The notes under the pieces were generated by a model. The model ran no database searches. It saw only the letters and a program-made list of their open reading frames with translations, and was not told where the DNA came from. Of a DNA stretch of 64,000 bases, positions 40,549-50,655 are shown in pieces. The DNA is from Nitrospinales bacterium (GTDB lineage: Bacteria; Nitrospinota; Nitrospinia; Nitrospinales; VA-1), in contig CBDCWG010000012.1 in the NCBI GenBank assembly GCA_965223345.1, forward strand, positions 2,784,001 to 2,848,000. The letters are read 5' to 3'. The position numbers were made by a program, and so were the translations under genes. The first letter of the stretch is position 1. Each line of letters begins with the position of its first letter.

Positions 40549-41361
40549 TTAAGCTTCCTGCACCGGTGTCTTTAGTCTGCCCGCCAGCGCTTTAAGCGTC
40601 TCGCCCCGGTTTTGCGCCCGCATCAGGCTCTCGCCCACTAAAAACGCGTGCGCTCCCAGATCCTGCATTTCCGTGATCTGCGCGCATTCGTGAATCCCGC
40701 TCTCCACGACGAGAACGTTGCCCGGCACCTGCTTCGCCAGCGGAATGAGCCGCCGGGAAATATCCAGATCCGTTTTCCCTGAAGTCAGGTCGCGGTTGTT
40801 GATGCCGATGAGAAAGCCGCCGGAGGCAAAAGCCTTTTCCATATCGGCTTCGTGGTGCGTTTCCACCAGAGCCGGAATGCCGATCTCCTCGCCCAGCGCC
40901 AACAGATCGGCGAGATGATTTTTATCCAGCGAGGTCGCGATCAGGAGAAAAAAATCCGCACCGCAGGCACGGGATTCGTACACCTGGTATTCGTCGAAAA
41001 TAAAATCCTTGCGCAACAGCGGCGTTGGCACCGCCGCGCGCACGCTTTCGAAGATGTCGAGGCTGCCGCCGAAATGCGTCGATTCGGTCAGAATGGAAAT
41101 GGCGGCCGCGCCGTTATCCGCATAGCTCTGCCCGATCTGCACCGCATCGAAATCCGCAAGCAACTCGCCCTTGAACGGGGTGCGCCGCTTGATCTCGGCG
41201 ATGATGCGCGAGGGTTCGGAAGTTTCCAGCGCCGCCCGCACGTCCTGCGCCGCAGAACGGTCGCCCGCCCTGCCCTTCAGCTCGCTGAGCGGCACGCGCC
41301 GCTTCGTGTTGTCGAGCTCTTCTTTTTTATCGGCGAAAATCTTGTCCAGTATCGTCGGCAT
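40549..41361 (-). CDS. trpC: Indole-3-glycerol phosphate synthase
   Basis: IIAEIKR, GAAAISILTE..FGGS, PLLRKDFIFDEYQV, IGINNRDL, VESGI, LVGESLM. Confidence 0.96.
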   Translation of the reverse strand: MPTILDKIFADKKEELDNTKRRVPLSELKGRAGDRSAAQDVRAALETSEPSRIIAEIKRRTPFKGELLADFDAVQIGQSYADNGAAAISILTESTHFGGSLDIFESVRAAVPTPLLRKDFIFDEYQVYESRACGADFFLLIATSLDKNHLADLLALGEEIGIPALVETHHEADMEKAFASGGFLIGINNRDLTSGKTDLDISRRLIPLAKQVPGNVLVVESGIHECAQITEMQDLGAHAFLVGESLMRAQNRGETLKALAGRLKTPVQEA

Positions 41362-41365
41362 TATT

Positions 41366-42379
41366 CTATGCGTTGCTGACCCGTATCAGGTCTTCCAGTT
41401 TTTTTTGCGCCGCCCCCGAAAGCACCGATTCACGCGCCGCTTCCACACCGGCCAGCAGGGAATCGGCTTTGCCGCTCACGAAGATGGCGGCTCCGGCGTT
41501 GACCAGCACGATGTCCAGATGCGGTCCGGGCCGGCCTTCAAGCACCGCACGCACGATGGCGGCGTTTTCCTCGGGCATGCCGCCGCGGACCAGCAGCGGC
41601 GAACAGCGTTTGAACCCGAAATCCTCCGGCGACACCGCGTACTCGCGCACACAGCCGTCCTTGAGTTCCGCGACGCGCGTGCCGCTCATAAGCGAAATTT
41701 CATCCAGACCGTCGTCGCCGTGCACCACCAGCGCCTGCCGCGCTCCCAGCGCCTTGAGCACTTCAGCCAGCGGCACGATCCATTTCCCGTCGAACACCCC
41801 GACCACCTGCGCGTGTGCGCCTGCGGGGTTGGTGAGCGGACCGAGCAGGTTGAACAGCGTGCGGATGCCCAGCTCCTTGCGCACCGCCGCGGCGTGCTTC
41901 ATCGCCCGGTGCATCAGCGGCGCGAATAAAAATCCGATGCCCGTTTTTCGGAGACAGGTCTCCACCCGTTCCTTATCGGCATCGACGTTGACGCCGAGGC
42001 ATTTTAAAACGTCGGCGCTGCCGGACTGGCTCGACACCGCGCGGTTGCCGTGCTTGGCGACGGTGACGCCCGCGCCTGCAGCGACGAACGCGGCGGCGGT
42101 GGATATGTTGAACGTCTGCCCGCCGTCCCCGCCGGTGCCGCAGGTGTCCACGACCGGGTCCGCATCGACGGACACGGTTTCGGCTTTTTCCCGCATGACG
42201 CGCGCCGCGCCGAGGATTTCCTCGACGGTCTCGCCCTTCATTCTGAGCGCGGTCAGAAACGCGGCCATCGGCGCTGCGGGCACCGCGCCTTCCATGATCG
42301 CCTGCATGACGGCGATCATCTCTTGTTCCGTCAGGCCCTGCCCTGTCAGGATTTTTTCCAGGGCCTGCTGGATGCTCAT
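41366..42379 (-). CDS. trpD: Anthranilate phosphoribosyltransferase
   Basis: [53 protein letters not shown]42379 overlaps the trpG stop. Confidence 0.96.
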   Translation of the reverse strand: MSIQQALEKILTGQGLTEQEMIAVMQAIMEGAVPAAPMAAFLTALRMKGETVEEILGAARVMREKAETVSVDADPVVDTCGTGGDGGQTFNISTAAAFVAAGAGVTVAKHGNRAVSSQSGSADVLKCLGVNVDADKERVETCLRKTGIGFLFAPLMHRAMKHAAAVRKELGIRTLFNLLGPLTNPAGAHAQVVGVFDGKWIVPLAEVLKALGARQALVVHGDDGLDEISLMSGTRVAELKDGCVREYAVSPEDFGFKRCSPLLVRGGMPEENAAIVRAVLEGRPGPHLDIVLVNAGAAIFVSGKADSLLAGVEAARESVLSGAAQKKLEDLIRVSNA

Positions 42380-42960
42380 GCGTTCACTCGCGCCGCCGGC
42401 ATGTTGAGAAAATTGCGCAACAGGTCCTTGCCGGAAAGCGTCAGAATCGATTCGGGATGAAACTGCACGCCTTCCAGCGGGTATTCCGCATGGCGGATGC
42501 CCATGATCTCGCCGTCGTCGCTCTCGGCGGTGATGGTGAAGCAGTCCGGCAAGGATTTGCGTTCCAGCACCAGCGAATGATAGCGGGTCGCCTCGAACGG
42601 GTTCGGCAGATTTTCGAACAAGCCCTTGCCGTCGTGTTGAATCATCGACGTCTTGCCGTGCATCAGCTTGCCGGCCTTCACGATTTTCGCACCCATCGCC
42701 TGACCGACGGACTGGTGCCCGAGGCACACGCCGAGAATGGGAATGCTGCCGGCGAAGCGCCGCACCACCTCGACGGAGATGCCCGCCTTGTCCGGCGTGC
42801 AGGGTCCGGGAGAGATGACGATCTTTTCCGGCGCCAGCGCCTCGATTTCGTCGAGGCCGATCTTGTCGTTGCGGATCACTTTCAGGTCGGCGCCCAGCTC
42901 GCCCATGTACTGCACGAGGTTGTAGGTGAAGGAATCGTAATTGTCGATCATCAGGATCAT
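42376..42960 (-). CDS. trpG: Anthranilate synthase component II
   Basis: [44 protein letters not shown]. Confidence 0.95.
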   Translation of the reverse strand: MILMIDNYDSFTYNLVQYMGELGADLKVIRNDKIGLDEIEALAPEKIVISPGPCTPDKAGISVEVVRRFAGSIPILGVCLGHQSVGQAMGAKIVKAGKLMHGKTSMIQHDGKGLFENLPNPFEATRYHSLVLERKSLPDCFTITAESDDGEIMGIRHAEYPLEGVQFHPESILTLSGKDLLRNFLNMPAARVNA

Positions 42961-43033
42961 GCCGCACACCTCGAAATCGCGGGCCGGAACCCTTCCGGCC
43001 TGTTCGGGCCATTATAGCGTATTCTCGCGGAAA

Positions 43034-44527
43034 TCACCGGAACAGCCCCCGCTCGGCCACCTCGATCGCCTTGAGCAGCGCGCGGCCCTTGTTCATGGTC
43101 TCCTCGAATTCGTTTTCGGGAACCGAATCGGCGACGATGCCCGCCCCCACTCCCAGGTAGGCGGCCTGGCCCTTGATCAGCAGCGTGCGGATGGCGATGG
43201 CGGTGTCCATGTTGCCGGTGAAGCTGATGTAACCAACCGCGCCCGCGTACAGGCCGCGGCGGGTGGGCTCCAGCTCCTCGATGATCTCCATGGCGCGGAT
43301 CTTGGGCGCGCCGGACACCGTGCCCGCGGGAAACGCCGCGCGCAGCACGTCGAAGCAGTCCAGCCCTTCCTTCAACCGGCCGCGCACGTTGGAGACGATG
43401 TGCATCACGTGCGAGTAGCGTTCGATGCTGAACTGTTCGTTCACCTCGACGGTGCTGATGCGCGCCACCCGGCCCAGGTCGTTGCGGCCCAGGTCCACCA
43501 GCATGATGTGTTCGGCCAGCTCCTTGGCGTCGCTCAGCAGGTCCTTTTCCAGTTCCCGGTCTTCCTCTTCGTTTTTGCCGCGTTTGCGCGTGCCGGCGAT
43601 CGGGCGCACCTCGACGTCTTCCCCTTCCAGCCGCACCAGCACTTCCGGCGAGGAGCCGACCACCTGGAACTCACCCAGCTTGAGAAAATACATATACGGA
43701 GACGGGTTGATGGTGCGCAGGGCGCGGTAGATGTTGAAAGGGTCCTGGCTGATCCTGAACTTCAGCCGCTGCGACAGCACCACCTGGATGGCGTCGCCTT
43801 CGTGAATGTAGTTTTTCACCTTGAGGACCGCCTGCTTGAACGCTTCCTCCTCGAAGTTCGATTGCAGCGACGGCAGCGCGCCGCTGTTGCCGTTGCCGTG
43901 CTCTCCCTGCAGCTCCGGTGCGGGGGCGCGCAGCTTTTCTTCCAGCGCGCGGATCTTGTCCAGCGTCTTTGCGTACACCGCGTCGAGATCGCCGTCCTGC
44001 ACCAGGGCGTTGGACACGATCTTGATGGTCTGGGTGACGTTGTCGAAGATCAGCAGCGTGTCGGTGATGACGAACAGCGCGTCCGGGCAGTCGAGATCGT
44101 CTTCGGTGTCCTCGGGCAATCCTTCGAAGAACCGCACCATGTCGTAGCCGACGAACCCCACAGCGCCGCCGCAAAACCGCGGCAGATCCGGCGTGGCCAC
44201 CGGCCGGTATTCGGACAGGATCTCCTTGACGGCCGAGAGCGGGTCGTCCTTTTCGAACACGCGCTTGTCGCCGGTCTCGCGGTTCTCGACGGTGACGATG
44301 TTTCCCTTCGCCGAAACGATGCGCGAGGGATCGCAACCGAGGAAGCAATAACGGGCCCATTTCTCGCCGCCCACCACGCTCTCCAGCAGGAACGAGTGCG
44401 ACGCGCCGCGGATCTTCAGGTAGGCGGAAACCGGGGTGTCCAGATCGGCGACGATCTCCTTGTAGACGGGGATCAGGTTGCCTTCTTTGGCTTTTTGCCT
44501 GAATTCTTCCAGTGAGGGTGTGAACAT
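43034..44527 (-). CDS. trpE: Anthranilate synthase component I
   Basis: DTPVSAY, FLLESV, QVVLSQR, NPSPYMY, PIAGTR, EHIMLVDLGRND, FPAGTVSGAPKIRAM. Confidence 0.96.
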   Translation of the reverse strand: MFTPSLEEFRQKAKEGNLIPVYKEIVADLDTPVSAYLKIRGASHSFLLESVVGGEKWARYCFLGCDPSRIVSAKGNIVTVENRETGDKRVFEKDDPLSAVKEILSEYRPVATPDLPRFCGGAVGFVGYDMVRFFEGLPEDTEDDLDCPDALFVITDTLLIFDNVTQTIKIVSNALVQDGDLDAVYAKTLDKIRALEEKLRAPAPELQGEHGNGNSGALPSLQSNFEEEAFKQAVLKVKNYIHEGDAIQVVLSQRLKFRISQDPFNIYRALRTINPSPYMYFLKLGEFQVVGSSPEVLVRLEGEDVEVRPIAGTRKRGKNEEEDRELEKDLLSDAKELAEHIMLVDLGRNDLGRVARISTVEVNEQFSIERYSHVMHIVSNVRGRLKEGLDCFDVLRAAFPAGTVSGAPKIRAMEIIEELEPTRRGLYAGAVGYISFTGNMDTAIAIRTLLIKGQAAYLGVGAGIVADSVPENEFEETMNKGRALLKAIEVAERGLFR

Positions 44528-44675
44528 GAAACGGCGTGCGACAGGGTTTTACGGGCCTCGGTCTCCGGGTTCCCGTCCGCAGGGGCTCCAAGGCGCGGAC
44601 GCCCTTTGAGACAATGGCTTGATTAAACGGCGATTAGAGTCAGAATCATATTATTTTCAAGGGTTTAGCCCTATG

Positions 44676-44705
44676 ACAGTACCATTTGGCAAGAGAGGGT
44701 GTCAA
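44676..44705 (-). promoter_or_regulatory. Putative sigma70 promoter of trpE
   Basis: Minus strand TTGACA (44705-44700), 18 nt, TACTGT (44681-44676) with an extended TG. Confidence 0.5.
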
Positions 44706-44721
44706 GGGGTAAGGCGGACGG

Positions 44722-45555
44722 TCATTCAACGGGTTTCCAGTCCTCGCCGTTCCAGTGGAGGATGAGGCCGTTGTCGCCCACGGCGTAGATGTTTTCTTCG
44801 GAAGTGCCCCAGATGGCGGTCAGGTATTCCTTCGTGTTCGATTCGATGCGGGTCCATTGGTCGCCTTCCAGAAACAGGATCATGCCTTCGTCGCCGACGG
44901 CGAACACCATGTCGCGGGAGGGCCCCCAGACATCCAGGAAAAACTCCATGGTGCGGGACGGCATTTCGGTGCATTCGACGCCGTCGAAGCTGAAAATCGC
45001 GCCGTCGGAACCGACGATGTACATCTCTTTGGGGCCGAAGCCGTAGAACCCGTAAAACTCCGCGTTGGAATTGAGGGTCAGGCGCACCCACTTGTCGCCC
45101 TCCTGCCGCAGGACCAGCCCGTCGTAACCCACCGCATACATGCCCGATTCCCTGCAGCCCCAAAGCCGGGTGATGTCGGTGTCGGTGCCGGTGCGCAGGA
45201 ACTTCCACTCGCTGCCGTCGTAGCGCAGGATTTTGCCCAGACGGGAACAGGCGTACACCTCGTCGGGCCCCAGCCCGAAGATGCCGGTCATGGGCGGCAG
45301 CTTTTCGGTCTGCATCGGCGACCAGGCGCTGCCGTCGTAATGCAGGATGACGCCGTCGGTGGCGACGGCGAACAGGTTGTCCGGCGCGCTGCCCCACAGC
45401 CCTTTGATGGTGTAGCGCGACCGGCCGGCCAGTTCCATTTTTTTCCACTCCGCCCCGTCGTAGTGCAGGATCGTGCCTTCGGCACCGCCGACGAAGATGT
45501 CGTTTTCACCGAAGCCGGTGATGGAGAGCAGATGGTTTTCAGTCAGTCGCGGCAT
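44722..45555 (-). CDS. Beta-propeller repeat protein (WD40/BNR-like)
   Basis: ~40-aa repeats LxxIWGxxxxxxYAVGxxGxILHYDGxxW; no signal peptide. Confidence 0.8.
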   Translation of the reverse strand: MPRLTENHLLSITGFGENDIFVGGAEGTILHYDGAEWKKMELAGRSRYTIKGLWGSAPDNLFAVATDGVILHYDGSAWSPMQTEKLPPMTGIFGLGPDEVYACSRLGKILRYDGSEWKFLRTGTDTDITRLWGCRESGMYAVGYDGLVLRQEGDKWVRLTLNSNAEFYGFYGFGPKEMYIVGSDGAIFSFDGVECTEMPSRTMEFFLDVWGPSRDMVFAVGDEGMILFLEGDQWTRIESNTKEYLTAIWGTSEENIYAVGDNGLILHWNGEDWKPVE

Positions 45556-45604
45556 GAGGATTTCATAGTGCAGAGTTTAATAAAGGTTCGATTCATTGCG
45601 GACG

Positions 45605-46441
45605 TCAAAGCGACATGTCACTCCACTGCTTTCCGTCATATTTGATAACAGTGCCGTTGTCGCCGACAGCGAAAACGCAGTCGGGCCCGAGTCCCCGCAC
45701 TTTGGTGAGGTGATCCTCGCGCGGACAGGTCATCGGCGACCAGGCCTTGCCGTCGTAATGCAGGATGACGGCGCTGTCGCCGACGGCGAAGATGTCGTTC
45801 TCCGACGTGCCCCAGACGGCCAGCAGGTATTCCTCGGTGCCCGATTCCATGTTCTTCCACTCGCTGCCGTCGAAATGCAGGATGGTGCCGTGCGATCCCA
45901 CCACGTAGACGTTTTCCGTCTTCGTGCCCCACACGCCGTAGAGCGAGATGGTTTCTTCGGTCAGCTCTTCCCTGCGCTGGAACTGCTTGCCGTCGTAGAA
46001 ACGGAACACGCCCTCGCCGCCGACGGTGTAGATGTGGTTGATGTCCTCGCCCCACATGCCGAAGATGTCGTGGATGGTGTTGGGCTCGCGGTAGTTCCAT
46101 TTCTCGCCGTCCCAGAACAGCATGCGCCCGCCGACGCCGTAAAAGAAGATGTTGTCGGCGTCATAACCGTAAGCGGAGTTGAGGGAGTCGTAGCTGCCGG
46201 TGTCGATCATCTTCCAGACCTTGCCGTCGTAGTGCAGCACCACGCCGCCGATGCCGACGGCATAGATGTTTTTGGGGTCGGACGCCCAGATCCCCATCAG
46301 CGGGTTGGTGTTTTCGGTGCGCACCGGCAGCCATTCTTCGCCGTCGTAATGCTGCGGAATGCCGTCCTTGCCGACGACGTAGATGTTGTCTTCGCTGAAC
46401 GCCCAGAAATCGAGCAGATCGGGTTTTTCACCGGTGAACAT
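45605..46441 (-). CDS. Beta-propeller repeat protein, paralogue of 44722-45555
   Basis: Same repeat (LYGVWGTKTENVYVVGSHGTILHFDGSEW). Confidence 0.8.
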   Translation of the reverse strand: MFTGEKPDLLDFWAFSEDNIYVVGKDGIPQHYDGEEWLPVRTENTNPLMGIWASDPKNIYAVGIGGVVLHYDGKVWKMIDTGSYDSLNSAYGYDADNIFFYGVGGRMLFWDGEKWNYREPNTIHDIFGMWGEDINHIYTVGGEGVFRFYDGKQFQRREELTEETISLYGVWGTKTENVYVVGSHGTILHFDGSEWKNMESGTEEYLLAVWGTSENDIFAVGDSAVILHYDGKAWSPMTCPREDHLTKVRGLGPDCVFAVGDNGTVIKYDGKQWSDMSL

Positions 46442-46559
46442 AGGGTCTCAATCATTCAGGGACGGCCACGGCTGCAATCCGCAGCGCGTCCGCATCGCAA
46501 GGCATTGAATTCGGCTCGTAGTATATCCTATCGCGGGGGTGCGTTGCGCGGCCGTTCAT

Positions 46560-46591
46560 AAAAAAAAGGGGCCGCCTGCTGAAGGGGCCCC
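46560..46591 (-). terminator. Rho-independent terminator after the LRR gene
   Basis: Minus strand GGGGCC...GGCCCC followed by 8 U. Confidence 0.7.
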
Positions 46592-46618
46592 GCTGTCATC
46601 CATCCTGAAATGCGCTTG

Positions 46619-47527
46619 TCAGTGTTCCCCGCCCTCGGGCTTGAACAGCACTTTGGTCAATTTGGGCAGGTTCTTGGAATTTTCGAACAGCTTCTGCACT
46701 TCCGGGCTCACGTCGTTGCGGATCAGGATGAGGGTCTCCAGGTTGCCGAGGGTTTTCGATTCGGCGATCGCGCGGGCCCCGTCGTCCCCGATTTCCGCTT
46801 CGTACAGGTCCAGCAGCGTGAGATTTTTGAATATTTCCGAATTGGCGATGGCGATGCCGCCGCGCCGGCCGATGGGGTTGTAGGTCAGCGTCAGCTGCGT
46901 GAGGTTCTTCAACGTCTCCGACTGCGCCATGGCCTCGATCCCTTCCGGCTCGATGTAGTTCCAGTTGAGGTTGAGCTCGGTGATCTTGGACAGGTTTTTC
47001 GAATCCGCGATGGCGAACGCGCCTTCGTTGCCGATGTCGTTGCGATACAGGCTGAGCAGATTGAGCTGCGTGAGATGGGTCGAGGAAGCCAGCGCCGCGA
47101 CGCCCTCATCGCCCAGCTTGTCCCCCAGCCAGAGGGACACCAGATTGGCCAGCGTCGCAGATTCGGCGATCGCGCGCGCGCCGGCCGGGCCGACCGCGTT
47201 GTCGCTCATGATCAGTTCCGACAGGTTGAGCAGGGTCTTGGACTGGGCCATCGCCTTCACGCCCTCGTCGGTCACCTTGTTCTTGAACAGGTTCAGGACG
47301 GTGAGGAATTTCATGTGCTCGGAGTCGAGGATCGCTTTCACGCCGTCGTCGCCCACCTCGTTGAACTCGAGAAACAGGGCGGTGATCCCCTTGGCTTTAT
47401 CGGAAGTCACGATTTTTTTGATCGTGTCGTCGTCGATCTCTTTTTCGCGAAGGTCCAGCTCGCTTTTGTCCGCGTTCAGGCTCTGCTCGATGAGTCCGTC
47501 GATGTCTTTTTCGGTTTTAGTGGTCAT
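46619..47527 (-). CDS. Cytoplasmic RNI-like leucine-rich repeat protein
   Basis: ~28-aa LRRs (LNLFKNKVTDEGVKAMAQS); no signal peptide. Confidence 0.88.
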   Translation of the reverse strand: MTTKTEKDIDGLIEQSLNADKSELDLREKEIDDDTIKKIVTSDKAKGITALFLEFNEVGDDGVKAILDSEHMKFLTVLNLFKNKVTDEGVKAMAQSKTLLNLSELIMSDNAVGPAGARAIAESATLANLVSLWLGDKLGDEGVAALASSTHLTQLNLLSLYRNDIGNEGAFAIADSKNLSKITELNLNWNYIEPEGIEAMAQSETLKNLTQLTLTYNPIGRRGGIAIANSEIFKNLTLLDLYEAEIGDDGARAIAESKTLGNLETLILIRNDVSPEVQKLFENSKNLPKLTKVLFKPEGGEH

Positions 47528-48187
47528 ACGAGGATTCCCAAAGATCCGAATTGCTGTTTGGAGATTTTGTTTGGCAGCCGGTTGTGTTTAACAGGCCATT
47601 CTATTTAAGTATGCCATATTGTAAAGTCAAAAAACTCAAAAAGTCCCGTGACGAACATCGCCGTTACGCCGGGAATCCTCATCGGGATGTCTATAAGGGC
47701 CACCTCCCTGCTCTGTGTGCGTTCGCAACGGCGCCGCCGACCCGCTGCAATCCCATTGATTTTTTGTGTGTTATTATGGGATCGGCATTCACTGCACAAA
47801 CAGGCCTTCACTTCACACTTATTTTATCATCGGTCTTTCCGCGCCGGACCGCCTTGAGAGTGTGCAATCTTCCGTCCGCAGATGCGACGGTTCATCGAAG
47901 CACCGCTTGCGACGTTCACGCGAAGGTGAAGACGAATTCTTTTCACCGCGTCTCCGCTTTATCGCGACGGAAGCGGCGAGGGAGAGCCGCACCGCACGCC
48001 CGCACGCAGCCTGCGAAACAGCGGTCCCTGCTCGCGCTGTATCGCGGCCTCGCGTAAAACCCGGATGAATTTGCAGGGAGAACCTGTATAATTATTTTTT
48101 ATGCTGCGAGTTTCCCGCTGCCGAACGCCCTGTGCGCAGCCCGGCCGGGAGCCTTCTTTCAAGCCTCATTCCCGTTTGGATCCAGTC

Positions 48188-49180
48188 ATGGCCTACAACA
48201 TCGACGCGATGACCGACAAGGTCAAAGAGACCGGAGACTTCGTCCAGCCTCTGCTCAAGGAGCTGGAAAAGGTGCTGGTGGGCCAAAGCCACCTCATCGA
48301 GCGGCTGATCCTGGGGCTTCTGGCCGGGGAGCACCTGCTGCTGGAAGGGGTGCCGGGGCTGGCCAAGACCACGTCGGTGAAAACGCTGGCGCAGACCATC
48401 CACGCGGATTTTAAGCGCATCCAGTTCACGCCGGACCTCTTGCCGGCGGATCTTCTGGGCACGCAGGTGTACCAGCCCAAGTCGGGGGAGTTCTCGATCA
48501 AGAAGGGGCCGCTGTTTGCCAACATCATCCTGGCGGACGAGATCAACCGGGCGCCCGCGAAAGTGCAGAGCGCCCTGCTGGAAGCCATGCAGGAGCGGCA
48601 GATCACCATCGGCGGGCAGACGTTCGACCTGGCCGAGCCGTTCATGGTCATCGCCACGCAGAACCCCATCGAGCAGGAGGGCACCTACCCGCTTCCCGAA
48701 GCGCAGGTGGACCGCTTCCTGTTCAAGCTGAAAGTCACCTACCCGACGCAGGAGGAGGAAAAGCGCATCATGCAGCGCATGTCCTCCACCAACAACCACG
48801 CGCCGGTGCAAACCATCGTTCGCCCCGAGCAACTGCTTGAAGCGCGCAAGGTGTTCGATGCGATCTACATCGACGAGAACCTGCAGGACTACATCATCCA
48901 TCTGGTTGCGGCGACCCGCGATCCGGACAAGCACAAGCTGGGCGGACTCAAAAAGCTGATCCAGTTCGGCGCATCGCCGCGCGCCTCGATCTTTCTCAAC
49001 CGCGTGTCGAAAGCCTACGCGTTCCTGCAGGGGCGCGGCTACGTGGTGCCGCACGACATCAAGAGCATCGGCCTGGATGTGCTCAGGCACCGCATCATCC
49101 TTTCCTACGAGGCGGAAGCGGAAAACGTGACGGCGGACGACATCCTCAAAAAGATCTTCGACACCGTCGAAGTTCCCTGA
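48188..49180 (+). CDS. moxR: MoxR-family AAA+ ATPase
   Basis: HLLLEGVPGLAKT, RIQFTPDLLPAD, LADEINRAPAKVQSALLEAMQE, TQNPIEQEGTYPLPEAQ.DRF. Confidence 0.95.
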   Translation: MAYNIDAMTDKVKETGDFVQPLLKELEKVLVGQSHLIERLILGLLAGEHLLLEGVPGLAKTTSVKTLAQTIHADFKRIQFTPDLLPADLLGTQVYQPKSGEFSIKKGPLFANIILADEINRAPAKVQSALLEAMQERQITIGGQTFDLAEPFMVIATQNPIEQEGTYPLPEAQVDRFLFKLKVTYPTQEEEKRIMQRMSSTNNHAPVQTIVRPEQLLEARKVFDAIYIDENLQDYIIHLVAATRDPDKHKLGGLKKLIQFGASPRASIFLNRVSKAYAFLQGRGYVVPHDIKSIGLDVLRHRIILSYEAEAENVTADDILKKIFDTVEVP

Positions 49181-49194
49181 TCCGCACCCCGCCG

Positions 49195-50139
49195 ATGGCC
49201 GCAAACTTCCTTTCCCGATTTTTCGACTGGTTCGACGTGCCGCCGCCGGCCGAACCGCAAAATGCGGTGTCCTCCGACCTGTTGCAAAAAGTGCGGGCGA
49301 TCCAGATCAAGACCAGCCACCTGGTCAACGACCTGATGGCGGGCGAGTACGTCTCGGCGTTCAAGGGACGGGGCATGGAATTCAGCGAGGTGCGGGAGTA
49401 CCAGCCGGGCGACGATGTGCGCCTGATCGACTGGAACGTCACCGCGCGCATGAACCAGCCCTACATCAAGGAGTTCAAGGAAGAGCGGGAGCTGACGCTG
49501 ATGCTGCTGGTGGACGTCAGTTCGTCGGGGGCGTTCGGCTCGGCGGGCAAGCTGAAAAACGAAGTGGCGGCGGAGCTGGCTTCGATCCTCGCGTTCACGG
49601 CGATCCGCAACAACGACAAGATCGGCCTGCTGGTGTTCTCGGACCGCATCGAGCATTACATCCCGCCGAAAAAAGGCAAGGCGCATGTGTGGAACATCAT
49701 CCGCACCATCCTCGATTTCAATCCCGAGGGCCGCGGCACGGACCTCAATCTGCCGCTGGAATACCTGCTCAACGTGCAGAAGCGCAAGACGGTGACGTTT
49801 CTGATCTCGGATTTCCAGAGCGCGGGTTACGAGAACACGCTGAAACTGGCGAACCAGAAACACGACATCGTCGCGCTGTGGATTCAGGACGCCCGGGAGG
49901 AGCGGCTTCCCGATGTCGGCCTGCTGCATCTGGAGGACGCCGAGACCGGCGAGACGATCCTGATCGACACGAGCGACCGCGCCTGGGTGGAGCGCTACGC
50001 CGCGCTGACCCGCAAGGCGTTTGCCGGGCAGAAGCGGGTACTCAACGCCATGAACATCGACGTGGTGCCGATCCGGACGGACGGCTCGCTCGTCGAACCG
50101 CTTGTCCGTTATTTTAAAATGCGCGAGAAGAAACACTGA
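49195..50139 (+). CDS. DUF58 protein
   Basis: FKGRGMEFSEVREYQPGDDVRLIDWNVTAR, EERE, DVSSS, FLISDF. Confidence 0.93.
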   Translation: MAANFLSRFFDWFDVPPPAEPQNAVSSDLLQKVRAIQIKTSHLVNDLMAGEYVSAFKGRGMEFSEVREYQPGDDVRLIDWNVTARMNQPYIKEFKEERELTLMLLVDVSSSGAFGSAGKLKNEVAAELASILAFTAIRNNDKIGLLVFSDRIEHYIPPKKGKAHVWNIIRTILDFNPEGRGTDLNLPLEYLLNVQKRKTVTFLISDFQSAGYENTLKLANQKHDIVALWIQDAREERLPDVGLLHLEDAETGETILIDTSDRAWVERYAALTRKAFAGQKRVLNAMNIDVVPIRTDGSLVEPLVRYFKMREKKH

Positions 50140-50223
50140 CACCCGAATTCATTTCTCGGATGGCCAGAGAACATGAAATGAAATTACGGAATTTGTAAAA
50201 ATGCGCGAAAAAAAACACTGACT

Positions 50224-50652
50224 ATGAGCGAGTCACCCGAAAGTTCCCCAAGCGAAGGCGTCGGGCGCGGCGTCAAGATCTTCGTGATCCTGCTGACCGT
50301 CGTGACGGTGGCGGCGTTCGCGGTTTTCTCTTTGCAGCTGGTCAGCAAAATGCTGTCGCCCTCGAAAGCCGCGTCCTGGCCCAACCGCCTGTATGAGGTC
50401 GCCGGCAAACTGCAGGAAGCCGGGCTCAAGCAGCAGGCGGTGCAGCAGTACATTCGTTATCTGGAAACGGCGAAGGTCGATCTGGCGCGCCGGGCCGCGG
50501 TCTCCGAGACCATCGGCGCGCTGTACCGCGAGATGGACAACTGTCCGGAAGCGCTGGTCTGGTTTTATTCGGCGCAGGTGGCGGCGCAGCAACCGGGCGA
50601 GACTCTGCAATCGCATATCGCAGCCTGCCTGAAAACCCTGCGGGAACCGTGA
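50224..50652 (+). CDS. Membrane-anchored TPR-like hypothetical protein
   Basis: One TM segment, then AVQQYIRYL / IGALY...NCPEALVWFY helices. Confidence 0.65.
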   Translation: MSESPESSPSEGVGRGVKIFVILLTVVTVAAFAVFSLQLVSKMLSPSKAASWPNRLYEVAGKLQEAGLKQQAVQQYIRYLETAKVDLARRAAVSETIGALYREMDNCPEALVWFYSAQVAAQQPGETLQSHIAACLKTLREP

Positions 50653-50655
50653 ACC

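Noticed and set aside
44528..44675. Possible trpL attenuator upstream of trpE
   Set aside because: The short leader ORF I found (MILTLIAV) has no Trp codons, and the GC hairpin has no U-tract
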